Positions 12,380 through 26,767 are shown, counted from the first letter of the stretch. The stretch: 64,000 nucleotides of DNA from Podarcis tiliguerta (GCA_965153285.1 OZ229113.1), one strand, 5' to 3'. Translations and numbers: made by a program. Notes: a model not told the origin generated them from the sequence alone.

Positions 12380-12801
12380 AGGGATGGGCAAATCCGTCAA
12401 TAGTAGTTTCTCTCAGCTTCAGTCTGAAATTCAGTTCTTCACATTCCTACATCAGTATGTGATTTTTTTAGAAAATAGTTTTAAATTCCCCCTGAAAAAT
12501 TAGGTGTGAATTGCTCCTGTAAACATGTTTCTTTGCTATTTTGCCCAATATAACATTTTTACAAAGCTATTTCCCCTAAAATATTGCATTCTTAAATATT
12601 ATTTCCACCAAGACATGCATTTTTTATGGAAACTTTACCCCTGTGTGTGTGTTTCTGTATACCTTACTTGTCTGCAGAATTGCATTGCAAAATTCAGTGT
12701 ACAGGTTTGGGTGTGCTTCAGTTTTCATATTCTTTTGAAAAGTGTGACTTGGGTGGGTTCCCCATGAAATGCAAAATAAGTTGGAATTTTTCCCCAACCC
12801 T
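12380..12801. repeat. Ancient AT-rich interspersed repeat, probably DNA-transposon derived; related fragments near 3140-3390 and 4520-4945
   Basis: AGGGATGGG...CCCAACCCT termini; shared core TTTCTCTCAG...AAATTCAGTTCT...ACATT between copies. Confidence 0.5.
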
Positions 12802-15800
12802 CATCACAGCTAGGATTGTACCATGCTCAAGGAGCTCCCACACTGCTAAGTGCATGCTTGGAAAGCACCCCAGAATCTTAAGGTACAGGAATGGGAAAAG
12901 GTAGAGGAAATCCTTTGTACACAATCTACCTCACCAATGAGGTGTGAGTGAGTGTACAATGGCAGGGTGCACTAGTTCCATTGTGGGAAATTAACTGGGG
13001 AAGGGGCATAGTTCAATGCCTGTAGAAGTCTGGTTTGGTATAAGGCTGCTTCATAGCGGCGTTTGTGTGTGTGTGTGCTGCTTTTGATGGCTTTTTAAAT
13101 AAGCGATTTATTATTTCTGCTGTTGACTGCATGGGTCATCACACACTTACATGAAAGGTGAAAATTTAAAAGGAAAACAATTTCAGTTATTGTTGAAAAT
13201 GAGAGAGAAACAACCCACAGTGCATCCGTACCTCTGTTGGCAATGTACTCTGCTCTAGAGAAGTTGACACCATAATTAATTATATCCATTTGTTTAGTAG
13301 AAGTAAAATTCAATCTTGGCTTTCCTGTGAGCTCAGAGTTGATCCCATTTGTAAAACTACATAGCTCACCTTAATAATACTCGAACACCAGAAGTGTACC
13401 ATGAGATTAGGAACAGATTCTATACTGTGTGAGTGTCTTGATACATTAACTAATTCTCTGTGTCTCTGAACAGAAGAGTGGTTTTAAAATATGAATATTT
13501 GACCTGCATGCCACCCTCTCTGATCCAAAATAAAGGGTGTAGGAAAGAGAGATAAAATACTGCTGTAGAAATAATAGGGCTTCATACTGTTAATTTGGTG
13601 GCCTAATCTGGATTTCAGTTTGTGCTTTTGTAAGCAATTGGGTCAGTGATAAAGGAAGTAGACTCTCTGTGGTGCACATGTTGAAAGGAAGTGGGGGGGG
13701 AGAGATCTCAGGGCCTCACTGCCAGGCAGTCTCAACATCTGCATGCTGAGCTGTGTCAAGAAGTTCCCTTTTTCATACTAATACACATGCATAGAGTTCC
13801 ATATTGTGAGGGACGACTCTGGATAGACCGGTGTGGACCAGTGTATCAGTAGACCTCCTTCTCTTGTTCTTTGAACATGGAGGAGCATGTCAGTAGCATA
13901 TGGGGGGGGGGAGGGCGTCTAACTCCTATTTTGAAGATGCTATGGTAAACCCTGCCTCCTGGTAATTACATACAGTGATCACTGTCCCTTCTTACACAAT
14001 GTAAGTTACATTGTGTACTCTTAATGCAAAAATATTTTTGTGTCTGGTATACTGTGTGTTTTCTGGCAAAATGTTTTTCCAATCCCCAATGCAATTAAAT
14101 TGAAGCATTTGGGCTTAAGTTGATCAATGCGTTGGCTTAAGGGAGGATGGTTTCAGACAACAGTTTGATAGTGGTGTTATAAATTCACCTGTAAGATTTA
14201 TATACTGCTTACTTTTGAAAGAAATATCCAAATGGTGCGCATAAAATATAATTGGGTGTGGAGGGGGAATCAATGTAAATTCATAAAGCACAGCAAGCCA
14301 ATAAAATGTTTTAAAAGCTGAATAAACTTTATATCACAGATAAAAGTGAGCTGTGCACAGAAATAACAAGAAAAGTTTACGTATTAGGAATCAGAGTCCA
14401 GATAGTTTGCTGGTAGTGGATGTTCAGAAGGAAGTCCTTGGAAGTTCATCATGTTTGGCTTCATTTATTCTCAAGGAGGTGGCCTGCTATGTACTCTGCT
14501 TAGGGCTTAAAATAAATGTCAGCAACAAATAAACCTAATAAACCTATCAACAACATATGAACATAACACATCTAAACAATATTATGCTGGGTTTCTATGC
14601 ACCATTGCATGTGAAATGAACATATAAAACCACCCTAAGTTGTAGATATCCAGTCAAGGCATGCAGAACTTATGGTCCACCAGTTGGTCAAAATCCACCA
14701 TTGATTAATTGTGGCCCAGCAGGTGCTTGATTGTCACCTTTTGATTGTCACCCTTGGTCTAGCAGGCAGCTAGACCAAGAGGTTTTCCCAATCTGTGATG
14801 GGCTGTTATAAAACACATTCCAACTTTAGATCAGATCTGCTTGTGAGCAGACCTGCCATTCGTGCCTGATTGGCTTGTGAAGTCACAAGTTGCTCATATC
14901 TCATTTTTAATACAATACAATTATTGCCTAGGCTTCTTTGAAGTGGATCAGATAAATCACAGGCTTGCTATTTTATCTGATGCATTAAAACCCCCTCAGT
15001 TTAAGACATTTTATCTCTCTTGGTTAGCTGACATGTTTAAAGGAACATATTGAATCAGACTACTCACCCAAATTAAGAGGCAAAACATACTTTTTATTTT
15101 AACCTGTCTCATTAACTAGGAGTAGCATTTCACATAAAAACATTTCCACTTAAATGAAGAGGATCAGAGAAATATCAGCTCAACCCCAAGTAAGTCTGTT
15201 TATATCAGTAAACAGGGTTGTATCCAGACCTAGTCATGTTTTGAGTAAACCTACTGAAATCAGTGTGACTTAAGCTGCTCATGTTTAAATTAGGTCCCAT
15301 TGATTTCATTGGGTCTGTTCTATGCAGGAGTAAGTCTGGACCCACGGATTTTAAATGTTAGATGCTCAGTTTCAATAATTCAGGCTGCTTTTGTACAGCA
15401 AGTTTGCCAAACTGGATCATGTGATTGTCTGGGTCACTGCTGGTCTTACCATCAAGCAGTCTGGCTCAGACAGCTAATTCCAATGGGGATACAATTTTCC
15501 CTTCCTCTACCTGTTTCTCTGTGTGTCGTTTTAAAAAGGAAAAACAAACGAACAAACTTGAGCTCTAGCCCCTCGTGTGTTTGATTTTTGCTTCAGGTGA
15601 GACAATATGTACAGCTTGCACTGTCATGGGAACATGGTGTAGAGCTGTTGTAGTACAGTAGCTACCAGTGTGAGCTGTGAGGCAAGAAGTCCCAAATCTC
15701 ACCGCAGTTATGAACTGTCTGGGTGGCATGAGGGAAGCTGTGATTCTCTCATCCTGAGCCCCTGAACCACAACGGGGAATAATAATACTGACCATGTAAG

Positions 15801-17294
15801 ACTAATTATGCAGTAGTTTTAGGGATTATTGAGATGATACATGCCAAGTGCCTTGTGAACATTAAGAAAAAATGCATCCATTTTAAGTCTCGCATGAGGC
15901 ATGAGAACAAGCCAAAAGATGTTGCTAATGCCTGTTCTTTGTTCAGAACCGTGAAGCTGACTGAAAATATGCGGATAAGAAGGGCAGTGATGTAGTTGTG
16001 ATGTGTACCTGCTTTATAACAGTGATGAAACATATTAACATTTTACTTCTTGGGTTTTATATCCTGCCTATAATAACTAACATTGAAAAGTAAAGGCAAT
16101 GTCATTTTCAAAAGCAAGGGCTGTGACCTCACTGCATTCTGGGTGGCTGTTTGGGCTTTGCTACTTGGGAGCATGTGGGGGTTCTGTTGAACTCCGTGTG
16201 CATGAGGAGCAGACTGAAGAATGACTTCTCAAAGACTCAGGTGTATTGTTGGGCAAACTCCCATCAGTTGTGTTCAGAGCTGGGCCTGCAGTTCTGACAG
16301 CTCTGTTTAGGTTGGCGAGCTTACTGGTGCAGTCGGAGAACGGCAGGAATTGCACAGTTCCTTTGACCAAAGGATCCAGAGCTTTCTGGGCTAAACTCAC
16401 AATTACACACAAAAACCTCCCTTTTGGTTGTAGCAGTTTTCAGAGAGGTTAGGGCTGATCCACAGGTCTGTGCTTCCCTGGTCCATGTCCAAGGGCTTTT
16501 CTCTTTCTGCCTCACTGCTTTCCCCAGGGAAAAGCTTCTTTAATGCTGAATCAGAACAAATGGCAATTTGGCAATTCTTCCACAGATTGAGGTTTTCAAG
16601 GGAGAGGCACTTGTGAGGCGGAGGAAACGCTCACAGACAGCACTTCAAAGCATGGACCTGTGTCCTGAAATGTGGCACAAAAAGAAGTCAGGATGAGCCC
16701 TTAGCCTGTGGCAGCAAAAACCACAAAGGGAATTGTGGCAACACAAAGACTAACTAATTTATTACGACATAAGCGTTCATCGACCAGAGTTTACTTCATC
16801 AGATGCATGAAGTGTTATCCTGAGTTACAGGTTGATATGCACATGGTTTTGTGGTGGGGTGGGAAGGAGGGCTATGGACAATGAAGCCATAAGCTCAAAG
16901 GTGAGGCACAGGCTCACCTTCACTGAGACACAGGGGCAGCATGGTGAGAGCATTTCCACAGTAGCCTTATGGGTTCTCCTATTCATTGGGCTCTCATATG
17001 TAGCACAGAGTAGGGTCTTATCACAACATGCGGGAACTCCTGCCCCAAGAAGTTTGTAGGGGATCCCTTACTCTTAATGTGAGGTGATGTCTCCTCATCC
17101 TGTATTAATGAAATGCATAGAGAAGTCAACAGGTTTTAATGAGAAATTGATTTGCACTGATTAGATACACATAACGATGTTTATCCAAATTTAAAAACTA
17201 AAGAAGCAGATGAGGCCTATAATGTGAAAATAGCTGGAATCCCCATACTTTTAAAATATATTGCCTTTTCTTTTGTTTTGTTATTAAGACTATA

Positions 17295-17630
17295 AATACC
17301 AGCGCCATCTCACTGTGCAAAATCAGAATGGAAATCACTAATTTAATAATTGTAAACTGTGCGCTCAACTCAGTTGATTAATTTGCTCTGTTGTGGGAGT
17401 CTTATTTTGTTTTTAATTTTAAATGTTCATGTATTTTATCTTCAGCTAAATATTATTATAAATTCTGACACAAGAGCAATTTGCATAACAATTGGTCACA
17501 AGGAGTAATTCATTAATATGCAACTAAGTGCTAATCTGCGCAGTGCCTGGAGCTATTGTAAACTTCATTTTGCTTTTAGATGGAAATTTGTTACAGTGCA
17601 AATATAACTATGTATAATTGTACTAATCAG
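17295..17630. promoter_or_regulatory. Candidate conserved non-coding enhancer with SOX-POU composite site
   Basis: Unique, non-repeat block dense in TAAT/ATTA; ATTTGCATAACAAT at 17479-17492; two TGTAAAC forkhead-like sites. Conservation not verified. Confidence 0.55.
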
Positions 17631-20016
17631 TCCCAAAGAGTATTTGAGCTAAACATCTATAAAATTCCTTTCTTTCTGGCCTGTAGCCTCACCTGAGTTG
17701 TCCAGTATCAAAGGATTTAGTGCTGCCTTTAATCATACTTTCAATATTCTTGTAATCACTTTCTCTTTGTGGAGTAAGAAGATCCGGGGGAATCTGAGAT
17801 TAGGCTTTGATTCTAAACATACTTGCTTGGAAGTTCCATTGGGATAAACAGGATCACACCTCCAAGTGAATCTGGTTACAGTGAGAAAGTAGACAGGGAA
17901 CACTCTTAAAAACTGAAGGGGGCTCTCTTCATTAAATCTAGCTAACATCATCCAGCCTCCAGGCTTGAGGTACGCCCCCCCCCCCCCCGCTGCAGCAATT
18001 TGGGCTGGCTTGATCCAGCAGAGGGGCTTCAGTGGGTCACTCATAGTTGTGTGTGGTCACTTGAAGGAAGTGTGCCACTTCCTCATTCTAGCCTAAGGAA
18101 GAAACTTCAGGAACGTCAGCACACCAGCTAAGGAAAACTCCTCGCACCAGGGTATGGGGTTCTAATTTCAAATAAGAGGAGATTTTTTTACAGGTGTGGT
18201 TTACTATATAGGGATGAGAAAAGCTGCATGTCATGAAATTCCCTCTGCTGCACAATTTGTCAACAAGTGGTGGGTCATATGGGTGTCCTCAAGTCAATGT
18301 TGGTCACACTAGGAGTCACATTATGATATTCTTTTGGCAAGGGGTGGCTGACAGGATTAGCAAGAGAAAAAGCACGTACACACACGGGGACCAGATGTAA
18401 AAAATATCAGAACTGCAGTAGAATTTTATAACTTGTTCTCAACCCTGCATGCAGAATTGACCATGCCAAAATCCCCAGTTCTGTGAAAAAAACAAAAAAA
18501 CGAGGTTTTGTTCAGGAGCCAAGTGTTTTATTTGCCACCCACAGGTCACCTTGGTTCTCGGAGAGAAAGAGGAATGGGGTATACAACTGGAGGGGGTCAG
18601 CAGTGGGTTCTGTGTTGTCATCTTGGGTTAAAGTGAGCCCTGTATCTGGAAAAGGTCCAGGAGCTGTGTCCTTTTGCAAAGGTGCCTCTTGGAACCCCAG
18701 CGTCTGAAAACCGGACCTTAGAGTCTCACAGATTGTCTTGAACTGTGCGTGGCCGAGAGACGTTGCTTTAGCAAAGCTGCTTGATGGCAGGGCTGTCAGC
18801 TAATAGGAATCAAAACCCAATGGTTGAAAATGTCAGGCTGTCAGGCTCCCCGCTACAACGCCATGCTGGGCAATTTGAGCGCACCAGAGCAGAGGCTTCA
18901 CTTTATTTCAAGTCAGAAGTGTTTGGAGTGGCAGCGTTATTAAATGAAGGGTTGGTCCTGATTATTTCCTTTCCACAAAAGGAGCCTCCTGTTATTAGGT
19001 GGATGGGAGACAAGTGGCGGTGGGGGTGGGTGGGTGGAGAGGAGATTAAGAAGCAGCTAGAAATACTACATGGCTGCTCTGTCCATCCTACAACACTACC
19101 AAGCAACTATTTGGGAAGTCAGCAAACAGCGAGGCCTGCAGTTCCCAGCAAGCCCTCCTGAAAGATTACTACCTGCTGAGGAAAGGAAATGCTTGCTTCA
19201 CCATAGGTGGACATGGTTGAAGTAGGTCAGATGCCCACAGGTGGCCTCGAAAGCTGCAGAGTTTGTTAATACCTGCATGCTGCTAATGTGTTGTTTTTCA
19301 AAGCACCTCCAGCCACGAACTCTCTTTAGCTTGACAACCATCTGTCATTTAGCAAAAGGCTTCTTGTTTACCCTGTGCTGACCAGTCTTCATAAGCCATT
19401 CAGTTGATAAACAATTGCCTGAAACCTTTGGCTGAGAACAGCACCTACAGGAACAACACAGCAAAAGCAGAAAGGAAATAAAAATTTTAGACGTAGCAAT
19501 AAGGGTTTTGCAGCATGGGCCTTCTCTTCAACTAGAAACAAACTTTGAAAAGGTCACATGTCCCAGTGGACCTTTAGATTTTCCTTTAATTGGTGTTTGC
19601 AGAGAGATTTTAAAGGAAAACCTATTGTTAGTCATGTATGTGATTAGCGCCAGCCCAAAACATTTTGATCCCATGTGCAGAAGCTGAGTGTACTGGCAGA
19701 TCTTACTTCAGCCCTGGCGATAGGGCAGCAGCCTCCACTGCACCCAAGGACAGCAGGCTAACTTAAGGGAATGTAGGTCATAGCCCAAAGACTCACAGCT
19801 CTGTCCTCCTGCTGCCTGACACAGCTGCCTGCCTTTACCCAATGGTATGGCTGGTTCTGTCCGCAATTGGATTTTAGCAGCCCTATCAGTTTGCATGTTG
19901 TTTCACGCAGAAATAAATCCCACATGTCTCCACTGGATTTACTTACAAGAGATTGTAGTAAGTCCTCAGAGAGTGATTGAGCATGAAATGGTTTGTTTAT
20001 GGTGCATGTTTGTAAA

Positions 20017-20193
20017 AGGCAGGGCTGTAGCTCAGTGCTGGAGGATGTGCTTTGCAGGCAGAAGGTCCCAGGTCCAATTCCTAGCACCTCCAGGTAGGGT
20101 TGGGAAGAAGAATGCCTGCCTGAAACCCTGGAGAGCTACTGCCTTAGATGGACAAATGGTCTGGCTCAGTATAAGGCACCTTTTTATGTTCCT
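20017..20193 (+). mobile_element. tRNA-derived SINE (Squam3-like)
   Basis: GGGCTGTAGCTCAGTG (A box), GGTCCAATTCC (degenerate B box), body CCTGAAACCCTGGAGAGC, tail GTATAAGGCA...TATGTTCCT. Confidence 0.8.
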
Positions 20194-20374
20194 GCCTCTG
20201 TGCTGCAGCATTGAATGTGGTTGCATGCAATTTCACATGAAGTATTACCATCTTCTGAGTGTATACCTTAATATATTGAAGTGGTGATGCAAGAAATTCA
20301 TTAGCAAATATCTGCATCATACAAGGATGTTTCATAACTTTGATTGGTTGCATTTGTCTGATTGGTGTTCTGGA

Positions 20375-20512
20375 CTCGCTTGGGAAGTTGTGGACTCTCC
20401 TTCACTGGAGTTTTTCTGCCACCTGTCATGGTGGCTTCAGTTGAGATTTGTGCATTGGACTGACACCCCCCCCCCCTCGGGTCCCTTCCAACTCTGCAAT
20501 TCTATTATTCTA
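20375..20512 (+). mobile_element. CR1 LINE 3' fragment
   Basis: GTGGACTCTCCTTCACTGGAG...GGTCCCTTCCAACTCTGCAATTCTATTATTCTA. Confidence 0.7.
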
Positions 20513-23500
20513 AGACCAGCTTGTGAACTGTGCATTCTCTGCAGATACATCCTGAACAGCAGCTAGTTCCAGCTCTGTTTGTTAGACCTGTATCACAAGT
20601 GTGTTATTAGCAGGTGATGCCGTGGAAAGCTGCACATGCTGGTTTCTGCATATCACATTGTTAAAGCTACAAGAGCAGGTCAGGCCATTTGCTTCCCCCT
20701 CCGCCCCAGTCAGTTGGCAACCTTACTCAGTGTACATTCTGTGGCAGAGGCATGATGTGTGAAACGGCGGTGCCTGCCGGTTGGAGAGTTGGTCTGGCTG
20801 TGTGGGATGGCAGCCAGAGCCAATTAGTCTAAAACAAGCAAGCTGATTAGGAGTTTCTGTGAAAATGAGAAAAAGAAACAAGGAATTTAAAAGGTTGTTC
20901 CTTCAGAGTAACCAGGAACCACACAAGGAGTGGGGAATGGAAAAGAAGTAAATTTCTGAAGAATGATTGACGTTGTGAATGAAGACATCTAGGTAGGGTT
21001 TTCATAAAAACAGCGATAGTGATAGACACAATCTATTCTCCTTGATCACTAGAATATTTGTATTGAGATGGGGTTTTAATGTTTATCGCCTTTTTCAGCA
21101 GTCATGTGCTCTGTTAATTAGGCCAGTATCAAAAGTGCACGTCAGAACAGCCATCCGTTGATTAGCAGGCTTATTTACTGTTTCCCCGGAGTGGCAGGTA
21201 GAGCAATTCTGTGCATGCTTACTCAAATAAAACATCCCACTTTGTTTAACAGGGCTTATGCTCTCTCTCTAGTAGGCACACAGTATTTAGGTTTGCAGCA
21301 CTGGACACAGTTTAGATACAACTTAACTAATTTAACCATTTTGTTGCTGAGCAGAAAATGGCCAGTCAATTTGGTATTGTGCAAAGCACTTCATCTTTGA
21401 TTAAACACAGCTTGGTATGTTTGCTTTTGCTCATACCACCCCCACCAAAATAAGATTGAGTTAATGGTAACCAGTGTGTGTGTGTGTACAGATTGATTTA
21501 GACATACATGCCTCTCCAGCCTGCAGTTAAATGCACATTCACAAGCATGAGCATGGCTGTTCTTGGAGCATCCCTGGCCAGAAACCAGGTTTATTAATGT
21601 TATGGTTTGTGTTGTGTGTGTTGTTGGCATTTGGGAATTTGGGGGGGGGGGGGGGCGGGTTCCCAAACACAGTTTCAGTAGTAGCCAGCTGGGCATGGTG
21701 AGTTGGTGCAGTGATATGCTTACCTGACTTCCCACTACAGTGGTTGCTGCTGGTGACCTGGAAAAGGAGGGACAAGGCTGCAGGGAGATTAGTGCAGTGT
21801 GGACGCAGCAGCAGAGTGAATCTGAATTAATAATAATTACTGTATTATTATTCCTGGTATTATTTACCTTCCCTTCACCCTAAAGGCCCCAGGTTGTGTT
21901 GCAGCATTAAAACACAACATTTCAACAGACCATGCTGACCTCCTCACCATTTTGCCCCAGCCCCTCTTGGTTACCAGCAGCGACCGACCGCTGCATTGGA
22001 AACGGCACAGGGGTGCAAAGCAGTTGCTTTAGTTTAGTTTCACTTTCCTCTCTGTTTGTTAGCAATTGTTGCCTTAGCTCTAGCCCCGTACTACTGAGTG
22101 AAGGTGGAATTGTTTCAATTACCAATTTAGGTCTTTGTACCAGTTCACGTAGTTGAGTTCCACAGCTATAAATAGCAGCATGGAGAATGGGTAGTAGTAT
22201 GAACCAGGCTGTACACACAGGGGAATCCTTTCCATGATTCAGGTTGTGCTGTTTTCAGCAGCTGTGATCAGAGATGACTGCTGAAATCCCACGAGTACAG
22301 CTGTCCTCCTACTAGCTTTTCTCCACGCAGCTGTGAACCCACATACATAATTACATGGAATCTGACAATATGAATGAGCCTTTGGTTTGCATTAAAGCTG
22401 GGGATTGATTTGTCCTCTCATGCCTCTAGAAGGCCACATGTTGATCTGTAAATTACTCGCTATCAAGCGGCAACTTCCCCCTGCATTAGAAATTGCCAAA
22501 ACGTTCTAGCTAGTAAGGTTTCCAGCCACATATGGTAGCCCATCTTAATTCATTGCCACTAATTGTAGAGAGTATAGTTATGGCTGCAGCTATTATTTCT
22601 GCAGTAGGGGGACAACTGCATTGGTGTTACCTTTCTGTTCACTGACACCTCTGACAAAAATACATTTTCAGCTTCCCCCAGTCAAAAACAGCAGAAATAC
22701 TCTAATGGCACATCATACAAGCTGACTTGGCAGAGATATTGGGATATCCTTCCATGCCCATTCAAATTGGGAGTGAATTGGGCCAGGGGGGAAATTGCTG
22801 GCTAACTGCAGCTGGGAGTTCTGCTCAACCATGTAGCCTTAACTAACAAGATGCCCTCATATAGGCACTAGTAATTTCAGAGTAATAGGAAAATGCTACA
22901 TTAACTTGCCTTTGCAAAAATACCTATAAACACGCTAGGGATTTTGTGGTGGTGATTAAAGAAGTTACAATGCAATCTGCCTTAATGTCACGAGAGGTGG
23001 CCAGGCCTGCTATTACTTTGATTCCCCCTAGCATGGGGGGTTGATGCAGGCAGAAGGACTTTAGAAAGGACACAAACAGCAGCAAGAGGCTAGAAAGAAA
23101 GCAATGGCTTGTCTAGTCAGTGGGTGAAGAGAGAATCTTGGTAATGATAGTGGGTCCAGGACCAAGGTTATGTTTCCGGGAGGCTGAAATTCATTTCCTG
23201 ATTTAACTTAGCTAGTTCAACCCTTTGGTTGTAAGCTTTTGGTCTTCCTTTATAGGTTTAATGACAGCAAAAGCCAGCAAAAATACTGGACAGCAGCCTC
23301 CATCTCTTGTAGGAAAACAAAGCATTTTGCATCTGGAGGTGTTCCAGAGAAGCTCCTGCACAGGACTGTGTGTGCAGAACGTATACATCAGTTTACCACC
23401 CCCTGTCTGTTTGTGACGTATTTTAAGTCCAGTCCCTTGGGCAACTTTGAAGGTTGGGTTTACAAATGTTTTTGAAATGTGATTGATAACTGGCTTGGAA

Positions 23501-24294
23501 AGCTTTCATTTGAGAGTTGGAGGCAAGTAGGCTAGCAGCTGTGGATTTTCATCTCGTTTCTAAGGGGCATTGGGGACTATAAAGCAGACACACACTGCAG
23601 CCGCAGGGCCATCTGAACTACTGCTCTCCAGGAGGTACAGATGCCCTGGCATGCCTCTCCCTCTCCCCTCCTCCTCTGCCATATGCCAGGCTGATACTGG
23701 TTTCTTCTCATAGAGACAAAACCAGACAAATAGGAAACACACAACAGCTCTCAGCAGTGACAGTGGCCCAAAACTCAAATCCCGTAGCTCTCCGGGATCT
23801 TTTCTGAAGCCAAAGGATCTGTTAGTAAAATCCTCTTTCTTTATTTGAGAAGGAAAAAGAATGCAAATTGTTAATGATGCCATCTGCTTGATGGTTGGGG
23901 TCTCCTCTGCTTCTTTACGACAGGAAGACTGTTCCACTACTAGTCCACGTTATCATTTGCTCATATGCATGGCAATTTGCAACCTCAACCACAATCCACC
24001 TTCTCTTCCATCCTTCTGTTCGACTGCAGTGGAATGCAGAAGGAGTGAGGCATGTCTTTGGATATCTTTAATGTTGCCTTCCATATATTAGAAAATGTGG
24101 TGACACACAAAGAAAATATCCCTTCACCCACATGCCCCTTTTATTATTAAAAGTACACTGTTCGCACACAGACACACAAACCATTTTAAATATGATTTGG
24201 GCATGCATGTGGAGAGTGTTCATTATTGTTACATCTATTTTTACCCTAGTAGATGTCAGTAAAACTCTCTTGATCACTAATAGATAACCCCCAC

Positions 24295-24323
24295 CACACA
24301 CACACACACACACACACACACAC
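24295..24323. repeat. (CA)n microsatellite
   Basis: Direct reading. Confidence 0.95.
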
Positions 24324-25545
24324 CAGCCATTTTCAATGTAACCCATTTGCAACACTATCTAATTAACAGCCAACCTTAGCAGTGGAATTTAAATTAAATG
24401 AATGGCTGCCTTGCTCCTTATCTGCTAAAGGTATTGTTCCCAACAGCTGGTGTTGTAGACTTTAAACACAGAGCAGATGCTCCTGTGTAAAATAATACTT
24501 TATAAAAATATAAGGCTACATTGACAGTTCTAATGGTGTCACCTGCTTAATGTCAGGCCTCAGTTGATATATTTAGATTGATTTGAAAAAGTCCATACAG
24601 TAACGGGTATGTTAGAAATAAGGTCAGATTACCCTTGAATTGCCAAGAGGGATGTTGTTAGCATTTTCCTTCTCTCAATCCAAACCATAATCCATGACAT
24701 TTTGATAGCCTCTGGTGGAAGTTTGGTGATAGAAAAGACAGTTGTCTAATGGAACAGATGGTACACTGAGAGACACTTGTAACTGTGTAAGTCGTGTTTG
24801 CGTTGGTGGCAAGATACTGAGATCTACTGGAGGACAGGTGTTTCTAACACGTGTGCACTTGGCTGCACAAGAACATTCTCTTTATTATGGAAAAAAGGAG
24901 TCAATTATTCAGTTATCTGTTATTCTTAATAATTTGTAGAATGAGAAAGGGATAGCTTCTAGACCCTATTCAAGGCGCTGGTGGTGAGAGTCCTTCACTG
25001 CTTATGATCTGCAGTCATCAGAGTTTTCCCGATGCAAAGTACGTGCCAATTAAGATGGGTAGGACTCTGCTACAAGTTTCCTCATCTAGGACAGGGACAT
25101 CAAAGCCTTCTCAGAAGTCATCCTGATGTTCCAGCATAAGATCTTAGGAAGGGGAAGGAAATGTCATTGTACCTCCTTGCCCATTTCAGAAAACTCCTCA
25201 CGGCCCACTATATTAGGCAAGCTTAACATTTCATGATGTTTGCAAGCTGCGTCAAATACTTAGAGAGGCTGGGTAAAAACATTTAAAACATGTAAATGGG
25301 GTGATCTGTCATACTTTTCTGTTAACTCTAGAATTGTTAGCTTAGTATACGTTATGGAGTCTCATGTTCAAGGGCTGCAGAGGCTGTTGCTATGAAATCG
25401 CAAGTTGCATATTGACTTCGTTCACATGTAACACTAAGCCAAACTTGTATGAACTCAGAGCAAAAATCTTGACTGCTTCCCTCCTTCCCTAGTCCTTCTC
25501 CTACTGTACCTGGCGCTAACCAATAATTTGATAATGTGTAATATG

Positions 25546-25771
25546 CAGTGGTACCTCAGGTTAAGAACTTATTTCATTCTGGAGGTCTGCTCTTAACCTG
25601 AAACTGTTCTTAACCTGAAGCACCACTTTAGCTAATGGGGCCTCCTGCTGCTGTTGTGCTGCCGCTGCACAATTTCTGTTCTCATCCTGAAGCAAAGTTC
25701 TTAACCCGAGGTACTATTTCTGGGTTAGCGGAGTCTGTAACCTGAAGCATATGTAACCCGAGGTACCACTG
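25546..25771 (-). mobile_element. Tc1/mariner-type MITE (family D)
   Basis: TIR CAGTGGTACCTC(A/G)GGTTA; TA at the right flank (TG at the left); inverted relative to the copies at 31879, 33793 and 51356. Confidence 0.92.
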
Positions 25772-25889
25772 TATAACCACAATTTCTACTCTCGAGTCCT
25801 TGCATGCTGAATCACAGTTTGCCTTTGCATTACATGAGAACTGGACCATTGTATGACACAACTCTACTTCTTTGCATCTGCAGGCATGG

Positions 25890-26767
25890 CAGTGGAAGTG
25901 CTGGACCATTGCCTTGCCCCAGTAATGGACTGGATGAGAGCCAACAAACCGCAGCTCATTCCCGATAAGACTGAGGCACTGTTAGAGGGTGGATCCCTAT
26001 ACCAGATGGATGGGAGGTAGCCTGCTCTTGATGGGGTCATACTCCCTCTGAAGGAGCGGGTATGCAGCTTGCGGGTAATTCTGGATCCATTGCTGTCACT
26101 TGCGGCTCAGTGGTGCAGAGTGTGTTCCATCAGCTTTGGCTGGTATCCTAGCTGCACCCCTATCTGGACAGGGATAACCTAATGCCTGTCATCTATGCTC
26201 TTGTAACCTCTAGGTTAGATAACTGCAATATGTTATATGTAGGGCAGCCTCTAAAGACATTTCAGAAACTTAAGCTAGTGCAGAATTCAGTGGCCAGGTT
26301 GCTCACTGGGGCAAGACAGATTTGTTTCTGGGCCCGATTCAAAGTGCTGGTTCTGACCAATAAAGCCTTAAACAGCTCAGGACCGCAATACCTCAAGAAC
26401 CGCCTCTCACCATATGAACTGACCTGGACTCTGCAATTATCATATGAGCCCCTTCTTCATGTGCCTCCTCCATCAGAGGTCCAGAGGGCCTTTTATGTGG
26501 TGGCTCCCCATTTATGGAATGCCCTCCCCAGGGAGACTCGCCTGGCACCTTCATTACATATCATAGGGACCAGGCAAAAATGTTTCTCTTCAACCAGGTG
26601 TTTGGCTGATTAACAATCTCTCAATTTGTAAATGTGTTTGTGAGGGGGGTGTTATTGTTTTGTTTTTGTTTTATTATATATTTTGTGTTATCGTTTTGTA
26701 TTTTTTGTGAACTGCCCTAGAATCTTTGGATGAAGGGTAAAATACAAATTTTAATAATAATAATAAT
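25890..26767 (+). mobile_element. 5'-truncated, internally deleted L2 LINE
   Basis: Peptides ALVTSRLDNCN, LKLVQNSVARLLT, RFKVLVL and APHLWNALP; 3' tail GTGAACTGCCCTAG...GAAGGGT then (TAA)n. Confidence 0.9.

Noticed and set aside
20017-20090. tRNA gene-like sequence
   Set aside because: Degenerate B box, no proper cloverleaf, and it continues into a SINE body.
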